Below are positions 17,604 through 25,044 of a stretch of DNA of 49,284 bases, one piece after another (positions within the stretch are counted from its first letter, which is position 1; each line of letters starts with the position of its first letter). The translations under genes were made by a program, and so were the position numbers. This DNA is from a virus, in IMG/VR virus record IMGVR_UViG_3300031555_003080, positions 1 through 49,284 of that record. One strand, written 5' to 3'. Under the pieces are notes generated by a model. That model saw only the letters and a list, made by a program, of their open reading frames with translations. It was not told the DNA's origin and searched no databases.

Positions 17604-18428
17604 ATGTATATTATTGCTGAAATTGGTATTAATCATAATGGAAATATTGAGACTGCTTTAGAAATGATTAAAGCAGCAAAAGATGCTGGAGCAACTTGTG
17701 TAAAATTTCAAAAAAGAAATCCTGACGTTTGCGTTCCAGAAGATCAAAAAAATAAACCTAAGACATTTCTTGGAGAGGAAATGACTTATTTAGAATATAA
17801 AAAGAAGATTGAATTTGGAAAAGAGGAATACGATCAAATTAATGCTCTTTGCAAAGAACTTCACATTGATTGGACTGCAAGTGTTTGGGACATGGATAGC
17901 GTTAATTTTATGCTTTGGTATAAAAATGATATTCCTTTTATAAAAATTCCAAGTGCATTGATTACAGATATTGAATTATTAAAAGCTGTTGATGCAACTG
18001 GAATCCCAATTCTTATGTCTAATGGAATGAGTTCTCAAGAACAAATTGATAAAGCTATTTCTTCTTTAACTCATTTAAGCGGGCTAATGCATTGTAATAG
18101 CTCTTATCCTTGCAATCCAAAAGAATTGGATTTAAATGTAATTAAAACTTATAAAACCATTTATCCAGGTCTCACAATAGGCTATAGTGGCCATGAGGTT
18201 GGACATTTCCCTACCTGTTTAGCTGTTGCCGCAGGTGCTCAAATTATTGAAAGACATTTTACTTTAGATAATAATATGGAAGGCACCGATCAAAAAGCAA
18301 GCTTAGATAAAAAGCATTTCGAAGCAATGTGCAAAGATATTTAGGGAATAGAAGAAATTATGGGGGGATATTTACCTAAAGTTTATCCCGCTGAACAAGA
18401 AGTTGCTAAAAAATTAAGAAAGGAATGA
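17604..18428 (+). CDS. NeuB-family (sialic / nonulosonic acid synthase-like) protein lacking a SAF domain, interrupted by in-frame TAG at 18342-18344
   Basis: N-terminal IIAEIGINHNG and the ..GYSGHE...IIERHFTLD..MEGTDQKASL.. motifs are typical of NeuB/PseI/SpsE. After the TAG the same frame continues GIEEIMGGYLPKVYPAEQEVAKKLRKE, matching the NeuB region IR.vE..mG.GiK.v.PaEq....rkS, before TGA at 18426-18428. Confidence 0.65.
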
Positions 18429-18434
18429 TTTTAA

Positions 18435-19142
18435 TTGGCTTTTCAAGTTAATAGTGAAAAAAATCTTTATCCTTTTAAATTATATTACTTAACACAATCT
18501 GCTTATGAAGAGTTGTTAAGAGGCGGTACAATTGGTACTCATGTCTTAGATGAAACAGCACTATATCTAACCGAAATTGATGAGAGTTTAGGTGCAGATA
18601 CAAAAGTATCTACTTCTGCCGATGCTACTACTACAACTCTTTATGTAACAGGATGCACTGGTACAACTACCGGTCCATTAAAATATAATTCCAAAGTATA
18701 TATTAACTGTGCTACTGGAGTTCTTTATGGTGCAGCATGGAACGACTATGCAGAATATCGTGTAGCTTCTGAAATTGAGCCTGGCCGAGTAGTATGCGAG
18801 AACGGTGACGATACATTAAGTCGTTCCTATGAACGCCTACAGCCTGGCGCGGCAATTATCTCTGATACTTTTGGATTTGCCATTGGTGAAAGTGGAGAAG
18901 CTAGAACTCCTCTCGCAGTTAGTGGTCGAGTATTAGCATATCCGTATGAAGACAGAGAATCTTACTCTCCTGGCGATGCTGTTTGTGCAGGCCCAGATGG
19001 AACTGTTTCTAAAATGACTCGTGAGGAAATTAGAGAATATCCAGAACGCATTATTGGAACTGTTTCTGCAATTCCAAACTATGAAGTTTGGGGAGAGAAC
19101 CAAATTCATGTTAATGGTCGAATTTGGATTAAAGTTAAATAA
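18435..19142 (+). CDS. tail-fibre-like / unknown virion-associated protein (235 aa, TTG start)
   Basis: Same frame as the NeuB ORF. The only start candidates are TTG codons; TTG at 18435 follows an AAAGGA RBS. The C-terminal region is Gly/Ala-rich and beta-like. The protein family is not recognised. Confidence 0.5.
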   Translation: MAFQVNSEKNLYPFKLYYLTQSAYEELLRGGTIGTHVLDETALYLTEIDESLGADTKVSTSADATTTTLYVTGCTGTTTGPLKYNSKVYINCATGVLYGAAWNDYAEYRVASEIEPGRVVCENGDDTLSRSYERLQPGAAIISDTFGFAIGESGEARTPLAVSGRVLAYPYEDRESYSPGDAVCAGPDGTVSKMTREEIREYPERIIGTVSAIPNYEVWGENQIHVNGRIWIKVK

Positions 19143-19160
19143 TTTAAAAGAAAATAAATT

Positions 19161-19205
19161 AAGGGATACTAATCATATGATTAGTATCCCTTTTTTTGTT
19201 TTTAT
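19161..19205. terminator. bidirectional rho-independent terminator
   Basis: Perfect 15-bp stem AAGGGATACTAATCA / TGATTAGTATCCCTT with a T-run on the + strand and an A/T-rich tract on the other side. It lies between convergent genes. Confidence 0.85.
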
Positions 19206-19912
19206 TCAAGAATTCGATTATAATTAATCCATGCATTCCTTACAGTATCATATTGTTTCATTGGAAAGAAAAGAACGTCATCATTTTCAAAAATAATATT
19301 GTCTTTATTTACAATTTTAATTTCTCCAATATTAATCAATAAACTTGGAGGTAAAAATAAAAAAGTTTTATGTTTTTGAAGAGGATCAATTGCTTTCTCA
19401 AAGGAAGAACGAAGGGTTTGACCATCAAACATATTTCCATCGGTTAAATGATAACATAGACATCTTTTAACGATATTAATATAGTTTAAATGATTAACTC
19501 TAACTCGTCTTTCGCCTCCAGCAATTTTAATGATAATATTATCATCTTGAATATTTTTCTTAATTTCTTTTAATACATCAATGATTTCTTCTCTATCCAA
19601 TGGTTTCATTAGAAAATAATCAACTCTTGCTTTTGCAGCTAAATGAGCTACAGAGGGGTCGCTACTTAAATAAATAAAACGAGCACCAACATCAATCTTT
19701 TTCATTCGACTTCCTAATTCTAAAACGTCCTCTTTAGAGTCCATATCCATAATATAAATATCATAACTCCCTGGCACAGTAATAAAAGTGTCAGGATCAT
19801 TAAAATAAGATACTTTAGCCATCGCTTTAACATCAATTAAAAAATCTTGAGTTATGCTTTTTAAATATTCGGTATCCTCTTTTATATCACTATAAATTGC
19901 AATAGATAACAT
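19202..19912 (-). CDS. response regulator with receiver domain and LytTR DNA-binding domain (AgrA/LytR family)
   Basis: The N-terminus has IAIYSD...DIYIMDMD (phospho-acceptor Asp), ..YLSSDPS.. and ..LMKP.. The C-terminal region (from IKIAGGERRVRVNHLNYIN, running on through LFLPPSLLIN) looks like a LytTR domain. There is no adjacent histidine kinase. Confidence 0.75.
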   Translation of the reverse strand: MLSIAIYSDIKEDTEYLKSITQDFLIDVKAMAKVSYFNDPDTFITVPGSYDIYIMDMDSKEDVLELGSRMKKIDVGARFIYLSSDPSVAHLAAKARVDYFLMKPLDREEIIDVLKEIKKNIQDDNIIIKIAGGERRVRVNHLNYINIVKRCLCYHLTDGNMFDGQTLRSSFEKAIDPLQKHKTFLFLPPSLLINIGEIKIVNKDNIIFENDDVLFFPMKQYDTVRNAWINYNRILE

Positions 19913-19934
19913 ATAGCCACTCCTTTCATAATTT

Positions 19935-19963
19935 TATTATATCACATTTTTGCGACAAAATCA
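19935..19963 (-). promoter_or_regulatory. sigma70-type promoter for the LytTR regulator (TTGATT, 17-nt spacer, TATAAT), bracketed by the inverted repeat TATCACA/TGTGATA
   Basis: The reverse complement reads TTGATTttgtcgcaaaaatgtgaTATAAT, about 22 nt upstream of the RBS AAAGGAG. TATCACA at 19939-19945 and TGTGATA at 19971-19977 form an inverted repeat around it. Confidence 0.55.
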
Positions 19964-20240
19964 AATAATTTTGTGATAAAAACAAATAAAATCCTACTTG
20001 CGTTTTTGAAATGAAAAATTAAAAATGTGAATTTGCAATCAAAAATAAAATTTGTGTAGGCGAAAAATTATCCAAAATTTTTGTGAGTTCTTGAGATTTA
20101 TCGTGCGCCATTAAAACTCATATAATAATGGAAGGGTGAGAGAGAAAAATATTTTAACAAAGGAGGGCGCCTATATGAATTATAATTACCCTTAGTCACA
20201 GTTTCAAACTCAATCTGTTGGATATGGAGGTTACAGGCCA

Positions 20241-20603
20241 GTGCCACAGTATCCGCAATGGGTTCAAACTACAAATACTTCTCAACCAGTGAGACCGGTA
20301 TCCTCGATTGAAGAAGTAAAAGCCTGCCCGATAGATTTCGATGGTTCAGTATTTTATTTCGCTGATGTGGCCAATAAGCGAATTTATACTAAACAAATCA
20401 ATCTTGATGGAACTGTATCAATCAATTTATATGAATTAAAAACTGACCAGCCTGCTGACTCGTTTCAATATGTAACTAAACAAGAATTTGAAAATGTTGT
20501 AGCTCAATTGTATAATACTTTTAATCCGTTACTAAAACCAGTAGAAGATGTACAGCAGCCTGCGGCACAGCCTACACAACAAAAATCAACTTTTGAATTT
20601 TAA
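20241..20603 (+). CDS. hypothetical protein (120 aa)
   Basis: GTG start preceded by GGAGG. No recognisable motif. Confidence 0.5.
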   Translation: MPQYPQWVQTTNTSQPVRPVSSIEEVKACPIDFDGSVFYFADVANKRIYTKQINLDGTVSINLYELKTDQPADSFQYVTKQEFENVVAQLYNTFNPLLKPVEDVQQPAAQPTQQKSTFEF

Positions 20604-20617
20604 GGAGGGAGTTCTAA

Positions 20618-20851
20618 ATGTTTACTATACCTTGGTTCTTAGGAATGATTAAGAAAGGTTATAATCCTCAGCAAGTTATGATGAATGTCCTGGAGTCAAT
20701 GAAAGGGACTCCCATGGGTGATAATTTAATCAATCTCGCTCATTCCGGAAACACTAAAGAAATTGAAAAAATTGCTCGAAACATTGCCGCTCAAAGAGGC
20801 GTTGATTTCGACAAAGAATTCGAAGCTTTTCGTAAGCAATACGGATTCTAA
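20618..20851 (+). CDS. hypothetical protein (77 aa)
   Basis: RBS AAGGAGGG 8 nt upstream. Confidence 0.55.
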   Translation: MFTIPWFLGMIKKGYNPQQVMMNVLESMKGTPMGDNLINLAHSGNTKEIEKIARNIAAQRGVDFDKEFEAFRKQYGF

Positions 20852-20900
20852 TTAAAACAAAACAAATGGAGACAAAATAAAACAAATGGAGGTAAATAAT

Positions 20901-21638
20901 ATGTTTAAAGGAAATGGTGGATATAATTTATCTGATATTGCTGCTGTAACCCGTGGCAGCAATGGAGACGGCCTGTGGGGTGGAGATGGAGCTTGGTGGA
21001 TTATCCTTCTCTTCTTATTTGCTGGATGGGGTAATGGAGGATACGGTGGAGGCCTTGGTGGCGGAAACGCTAGAGATGCGGTATCTTATGGTTTCGACAT
21101 TAATGGTCTTGAGAATGGTATTCGTGGTTTAGAACATGGCATTTGTGATGGTTTCTATGATATGAATACTAGCTTAATGACCGGTTTTGGCAACACCGCA
21201 ATGGGTGCAATGCAAAACACTAATGCTATTATGAGTCGTCTCTGTGACATGAGTGCTGACCAAGCAGCTTGCTGCTGCGAGACTCAGCGTTTAATTGAGC
21301 GTGGTTTATGCGAAGTAAATTATAATATCTTAACTCAATCTAATGCAACCAATACAAATATTTCTAATGCAGCAAGAGATATTATTGAAAACAATAATAA
21401 CGGAGTTCGTTCTATTCTTGACTTCTTAACTCAAGATAAAATTGCTACTCTTCAGGCAGAAAATCAGGCTCTTCGTCTTACTGCTTCTCAACAGGCTCAA
21501 AATAGTTATTTAATTGATCAATTGGGTGCTAAGGCTCCAATTCCTGCTTATGTAGTTGCAAATCCTAATGCAATCTATGGTGGCTATGGTTACTATAACG
21601 GTGGCTGCTATGGTACATTTAATAACTGCTGCAATTGA
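20901..21638 (+). CDS. Gly-rich membrane protein with a Cys-rich C-terminus (about 245 aa)
   Basis: Start ATG at 20901 is preferred over 20886 because of GGAGG spacing. It has one predicted TM helix (WWIILLFLFAGW), GGYGGGLGGG tracts, CCCE and a C-terminal GGCYGTFNNCCN. Confidence 0.55.
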   Translation: MFKGNGGYNLSDIAAVTRGSNGDGLWGGDGAWWIILLFLFAGWGNGGYGGGLGGGNARDAVSYGFDINGLENGIRGLEHGICDGFYDMNTSLMTGFGNTAMGAMQNTNAIMSRLCDMSADQAACCCETQRLIERGLCEVNYNILTQSNATNTNISNAARDIIENNNNGVRSILDFLTQDKIATLQAENQALRLTASQQAQNSYLIDQLGAKAPIPAYVVANPNAIYGGYGYYNGGCYGTFNNCCN

Positions 21639-21653
21639 TAAGGAGGTATGAGT

Positions 21654-22073
21654 ATGGAAATTATTGCTAATGCATTACAAACTGTTGCAGCAAATCAAAA
21701 TGTTTATTTCACTGATACTATCACCGGTGGGAGTATGTCAATCTCCCACCGCTCTAATAGCGGACTTGTGAGTTTGTTTGGCAACACAAATCAATGTCGT
21801 GCAAGATTTAAAATAACTTTTGGCGGAAATATTGCAATTCCAGCAGAAGAGACGGTGGGACCAATTTCGTTGGCAATTGCAATTGATGGAGAGGCAGTTC
21901 AATCTACAACTATGACAGTAACTCCTACCGCAGTAGATACTTTCTTTAATGTATTCTCTGCAATTTTCGTTGATGTTCCAAGAGGAAATGTTGAAACTAT
22001 TAGTGTGAAAAATATTAGTGACATTCCAATAGAATTAGAGAATGCAAATTTAATTATTGAAAGAGTTGCTTGA
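21654..22073 (+). CDS. hypothetical protein (about 139 aa), beta-rich
   Basis: RBS AAGGAGG. The second ATG is preferred on spacing grounds. Confidence 0.5.
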   Translation: MEIIANALQTVAANQNVYFTDTITGGSMSISHRSNSGLVSLFGNTNQCRARFKITFGGNIAIPAEETVGPISLAIAIDGEAVQSTTMTVTPTAVDTFFNVFSAIFVDVPRGNVETISVKNISDIPIELENANLIIERVA

Positions 22074-22087
22074 AAGGAGGAGTGAAG

Positions 22088-22660
22088 ATGTCTATTGAAA
22101 GAATGAAAACAATGAAAGAAGCTTTTATGTGTGCCGTTGAAGGTCAGATGTATAATCTTGCCGAGGTTGATGCAGAAGAGCTTGGTGAAGTTGTAGATAT
22201 GATTAAAGATTTAAGTGAAGCAATTTATTATTGTGAAGTAACAAAAGCAATGGAAGAATCTGAAAAGAATGGTAGTCAAGAGTCAATGTACTACACTCCA
22301 ATGTATTATTCCGATCGCGGAAGCGGAAACGGCAGGTCTTCATCTAATAGTAATTCCACCTCTTCTGGATCGATGAATGGAAATAATGGTACTAGTAGTT
22401 CACAGTATTATGAAAGAGAATATCCTCATGCATTTATGGACGGAAGAGAAGGAAAGAGTTATCGTTCAAGAAGAATGTATATGGAAGCTAAAGAAACTAA
22501 ACAAGATAAAGCATCACAAATGAGAGAGTTAGAAAAGTATATGCAAGAATTAACTCAAGATGTTGTTGAAATGGTTGAAGGTTCTTCTCAAGAAGAAAAG
22601 AGTTATTTAAGTAAAAAGATTTCTGCACTTGCAACAAAACTTTCTCAATTAAGTGATTAA
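22088..22660 (+). CDS. hypothetical low-complexity protein (about 190 aa)
   Basis: RBS AAAGGAGG, then ATG (MSIERM..). Central Ser/Asn/Gly-rich low-complexity segment. Confidence 0.5.
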   Translation: MSIERMKTMKEAFMCAVEGQMYNLAEVDAEELGEVVDMIKDLSEAIYYCEVTKAMEESEKNGSQESMYYTPMYYSDRGSGNGRSSSNSNSTSSGSMNGNNGTSSSQYYEREYPHAFMDGREGKSYRSRRMYMEAKETKQDKASQMRELEKYMQELTQDVVEMVEGSSQEEKSYLSKKISALATKLSQLSD

Positions 22661-22685
22661 AATTAACGGAGAAGATTGGAAGATT

Positions 22686-22916
22686 ATGTTAGCGTCTTCC
22701 AATCACCCTTCTTTGCAACGTCCAAATGGTTCTTTCACTCTTGGATGTTGTGATGATAATTTAAAAACTATTTATATTGCGGATGGGCTTACGGATTTTT
22801 ATTTTAAGAAAGTTTTGTGTCATGAGCTTGTTCATGCGTGTATGTATAGTTATAATGTCGAATTAAATGATTATCAAGAAGAAGTTTTAGCTGATTTAAT
22901 AGCCACTTATGGATAG
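22686..22916 (+). CDS. small HExxH zinc-metallopeptidase-like protein (ImmA/SprT-like?)
   Basis: Contains CHELVHACMY (HExxH). The start is uncertain (GTG at 22653 or ATG at 22686). It ends with TAG. Confidence 0.4.
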   Translation: MLASSNHPSLQRPNGSFTLGCCDDNLKTIYIADGLTDFYFKKVLCHELVHACMYSYNVELNDYQEEVLADLIATYG

Positions 22917-22970
22917 GAAATAATCTCTATAACAAATACAATTTTTTGTAGATTGCATAATTGCAAATAA

Positions 22971-23010
22971 AAAAAGGGAGACTATGTAAAAACATAGTCT
23001 CCCTTTTTTG
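22971..23010. terminator. bidirectional rho-independent terminator
   Basis: AAAAAGGGAGACTATG taaaaa CATAGTCTCCCTTTTTT, sitting between convergent genes. Confidence 0.85.
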
Positions 23011-23012
23011 TT

Positions 23013-23543
23013 TTATTCTTCGTCTGGTTTAATTTCAAGTTTTAAAACTCTTTCATAATATTCTTGAGCTTGACCATTGCCGCCTAAACCATGATATAAT
23101 TTATACATCTCGGTGATTTGTTCAAAGTCAGCTTCTGTAATGTAATTATCTCTTAAATGAGATTTACATAATTGAATGAGTCTAAACTTATAAGAGTTGA
23201 TAATCATATTCAAATTGCGGACATTATCATCCTCAACTTTTCTCAAATCGCTATACATAACAGCATGAGTTGCATCAGCCTCAGATTTAAGCTGATTCAC
23301 CATGGTTTTTGCATTATTATCAACCCCAACAATTTCAGCTTTTAATCTGGTTAATTCATCTACTATAGGCTCAATCTCATCAACAATCATCTGTCTATAT
23401 TGACGATTTTGGTCTGCTTTTTGCATTTCCTCGAGTTTCTTGTTTTTACTCCAAAGATGTTTACAAAAAGCTAGTGCGCCAGCGGAGACCAGACCGAAGA
23501 AAATCTCCAGCGCATACTTAGTAAGAATTTCCATGTGAAACAT
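23013..23543 (-). CDS. membrane-anchored coiled-coil protein (176 aa), function unknown (holin/spanin-like?)
   Basis: N-terminal TM helix (ALEIFFGLVSAGALAF) followed by a charged coiled-coil. RBS GGGAGG. It is the lone minus-strand gene among + strand genes. Confidence 0.55.
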   Translation of the reverse strand: MFHMEILTKYALEIFFGLVSAGALAFCKHLWSKNKKLEEMQKADQNRQYRQMIVDEIEPIVDELTRLKAEIVGVDNNAKTMVNQLKSEADATHAVMYSDLRKVEDDNVRNLNMIINSYKFRLIQLCKSHLRDNYITEADFEQITEMYKLYHGLGGNGQAQEYYERVLKLEIKPDEE

Positions 23544-23583
23544 CCTCCCTTTCTTTCCCTATAGAACATTGAAAATCTTGGTG

Positions 23584-23612
23584 ATTCTATTCTTTGACTT
23601 TGGCCAAATCAA
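23584..23612 (-). promoter_or_regulatory. sigma70-type promoter (TTGATT, 17-nt spacer, TAGAAT) for the 176-aa gene
   Basis: The reverse complement reads TTGATTtggccaaagtcaaagaaTAGAAT, about 35 nt upstream of the RBS. Confidence 0.45.
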
Positions 23613-23667
23613 ATAATATCGTTAAGATAAAAAATTAAAATAATGTAGAAGAAGAATTCGCTAGAAT

Positions 23668-23696
23668 TTGACTTTTATAATTTTTTGTGTTATAAT
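23668..23696 (+). promoter_or_regulatory. sigma70-type promoter (TTGACT, 17-nt spacer, TG-extended TATAAT)
   Basis: TTGACT at 23668-23673, a spacer ending TGTGT, and TATAAT at 23691-23696. It is divergent from the previous promoter. Confidence 0.65.
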
Positions 23697-23722
23697 AATA
23701 TTAGTAAAAGGAGGTAGCTTAT

Positions 23723-24049
23723 ATGCAAAAGATTATTATTTATTACGTTATCCCCGGAACCGAAGACACTCAAAGCATTGAACTTGTTGATTTAACTAGT
23801 TTTAAAGAAACTTTTTTAAATGAAAGACAAGAAATTCAATTTAGCTGTCAGGATACTTTTAAACCTGGTGTTTTAAAAACTCTTATGAATGCTTCTATTC
23901 AAAAGATCACTATGGAAAAGTATGATGCTGAAAATACTCTTCATTTAATTGATTTTGAAGCATATCCTGTGTTTGAAAAAATTTCACAAGATTACAAAGG
24001 AATTAAAATCGTTACAACTTTCCAGAGTATGAGTGTTTATAACTCTTAA
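23723..24049 (+). CDS. hypothetical protein (108 aa)
   Basis: RBS AAAAGGAGG. Confidence 0.55.
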   Translation: MQKIIIYYVIPGTEDTQSIELVDLTSFKETFLNERQEIQFSCQDTFKPGVLKTLMNASIQKITMEKYDAENTLHLIDFEAYPVFEKISQDYKGIKIVTTFQSMSVYNS

Positions 24050-24060
24050 GGAGGGTAATC

Positions 24061-25011
24061 ATGGCTAATCTAGTTAAAGCTGCCGATATTAGCTTAGATT
24101 CATCTTCTTGGTACCAAAGACTAAGGGCAATTCAATCAAGAATTGAAACAGGCGCTTGGACTGGAGTTACTATGACTTTGACCACTGACCCCGGTATTAA
24201 TACCGGGGCAATGGCCTTAGATGATCATTTAAATAATTTAATTTCAGCTATTTCAGCAGCTACTTCAAATGTTTTTTTGGCTTATGCCGACAAATCACAA
24301 TTACCGAGTTCAGTGTCTCCAGGCACACTAATTAAACAAATTACTTATGATGGAATTGATGCCACTTTAGATTCCATGGAATAGATTTGTAGTAATTGTT
24401 CAACATATCAGACATTCGCTAATAACAGTGGCGATTCGACATATACTACTTATAATAATACTTGTGCAACCAACAGCACTTATGAAAATACCTGTGATAC
24501 TAACTCAACATATTCAGATACCTGTGGAACTAACTCAACGTATTCAGATACCTGTGATACTAACTCAACATATTCAGATACCTGTGATACTTATTCTACT
24601 TATTCTGATACTTGTGCAACTTATTCCACTTATTCAGAAATTGCTACAAATGGTACTGAGATTACAGGTACAGCATATTCAACTGAAAATGCAAATTTAA
24701 GTGTTGCTTCTGGAGCCTATAGTTATAATTGTACTAATTATTGTGCTACTTATAATACAAATGACACATATCTAGAAAGTCAAACTTATGACACTTATTT
24801 AGAGAGTTTGACATATGAAACATATTTAGAAAGCTTAACCTATGAGACTTATTTAGAGAGTTTAATTTGTGAAACTTATGCTGAATCTTTAACTTATTCA
24901 ACATATCTTGAATCTCAAGTTTGCGCGACATATGCAGAGTCTCAAGTATATTCAACTTTTACTCAAAGCGCAGGAAATTCTACAGATGCTACATTTGCAG
25001 TTGTGACTTAA
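24061..25011 (+). CDS. candidate RiPP precursor-like gene: 107-aa N-terminal part, in-frame TAG (24382-24384), then a 209-codon Cys/Tyr/Ser/Thr/Asp-rich tandem-repeat region
   Basis: RBS AAGGAGGG before the ATG at 24061. Past the TAG the same frame stays open to TAA at 25009-25011 and contains no ATG or GTG. It encodes six TC(D/A/G)T(N/Y)STY(S/E)(D/N/E) decapeptide repeats followed by TY(E/D/S)TY(L/A)ES(L/Q) nonapeptide repeats. The repeats differ by synonymous codons (Ser as agt/agc/tct/tca, Leu as tta/ttg/cta/ctt, Glu as gag/gaa), indicating selection at the peptide level. Confidence 0.55.
24385..25011 (+). repeat. tandem 30-nt and 27-nt coding repeats (decapeptide and nonapeptide units)
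   Basis: Direct repeats such as cagatacctgtgatactaactcaacatatt (three near-identical copies) and acttatttagagagtttgacatatgaaacatat-type units. Confidence 0.8.
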
Positions 25012-25044
25012 GCTTTCAATTAAGAGAAAAAGGAGTTTAATAAA

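Noticed and set aside
19143-19201. Whether the SAF domain of NeuB might be encoded downstream (18435-19142) in the same frame.
   Set aside because: The downstream protein shows no similarity to SAF-domain consensus. TGA and TAA intervene. It was treated as a separate gene.
20855-20889. Direct duplication aaaacaaatggag x2 just upstream of the 20901 gene.
   Set aside because: It is a short local duplication of the RBS region. It may slightly affect translation initiation but there is no evidence of a functional element.
22914-22967. Possible readthrough extension of the HExxH gene past its TAG (EIISITNTIFCRLHNCK).
   Set aside because: It is only 17 codons before TAA and has no recognisable motif. 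It cannot be distinguished from a normal 3' UTR, so it is mentioned only in the context of TAG usage.
24428-24700. 90-aa frame-2 ORF (MAIRHILLIIILVQ...) and a minus-strand 69-aa ORF (24746-24955) inside the tandem-repeat region.
   Set aside because: They are purely hydrophobic or low-complexity products of alternative frames of the repeat DNA. Frame 1 shows synonymous-site variation with conserved peptide units, so the other frames are artefacts.
24385-25011. A regularly repeated DNA region that could be mistaken for a CRISPR array or replication iterons.
   Set aside because: The repeat units are 27-30 nt but contiguous, with no unique spacers, and they evolve as codons (amino-acid-level conservation). 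Hence it is not CRISPR and unlikely to be iterons.
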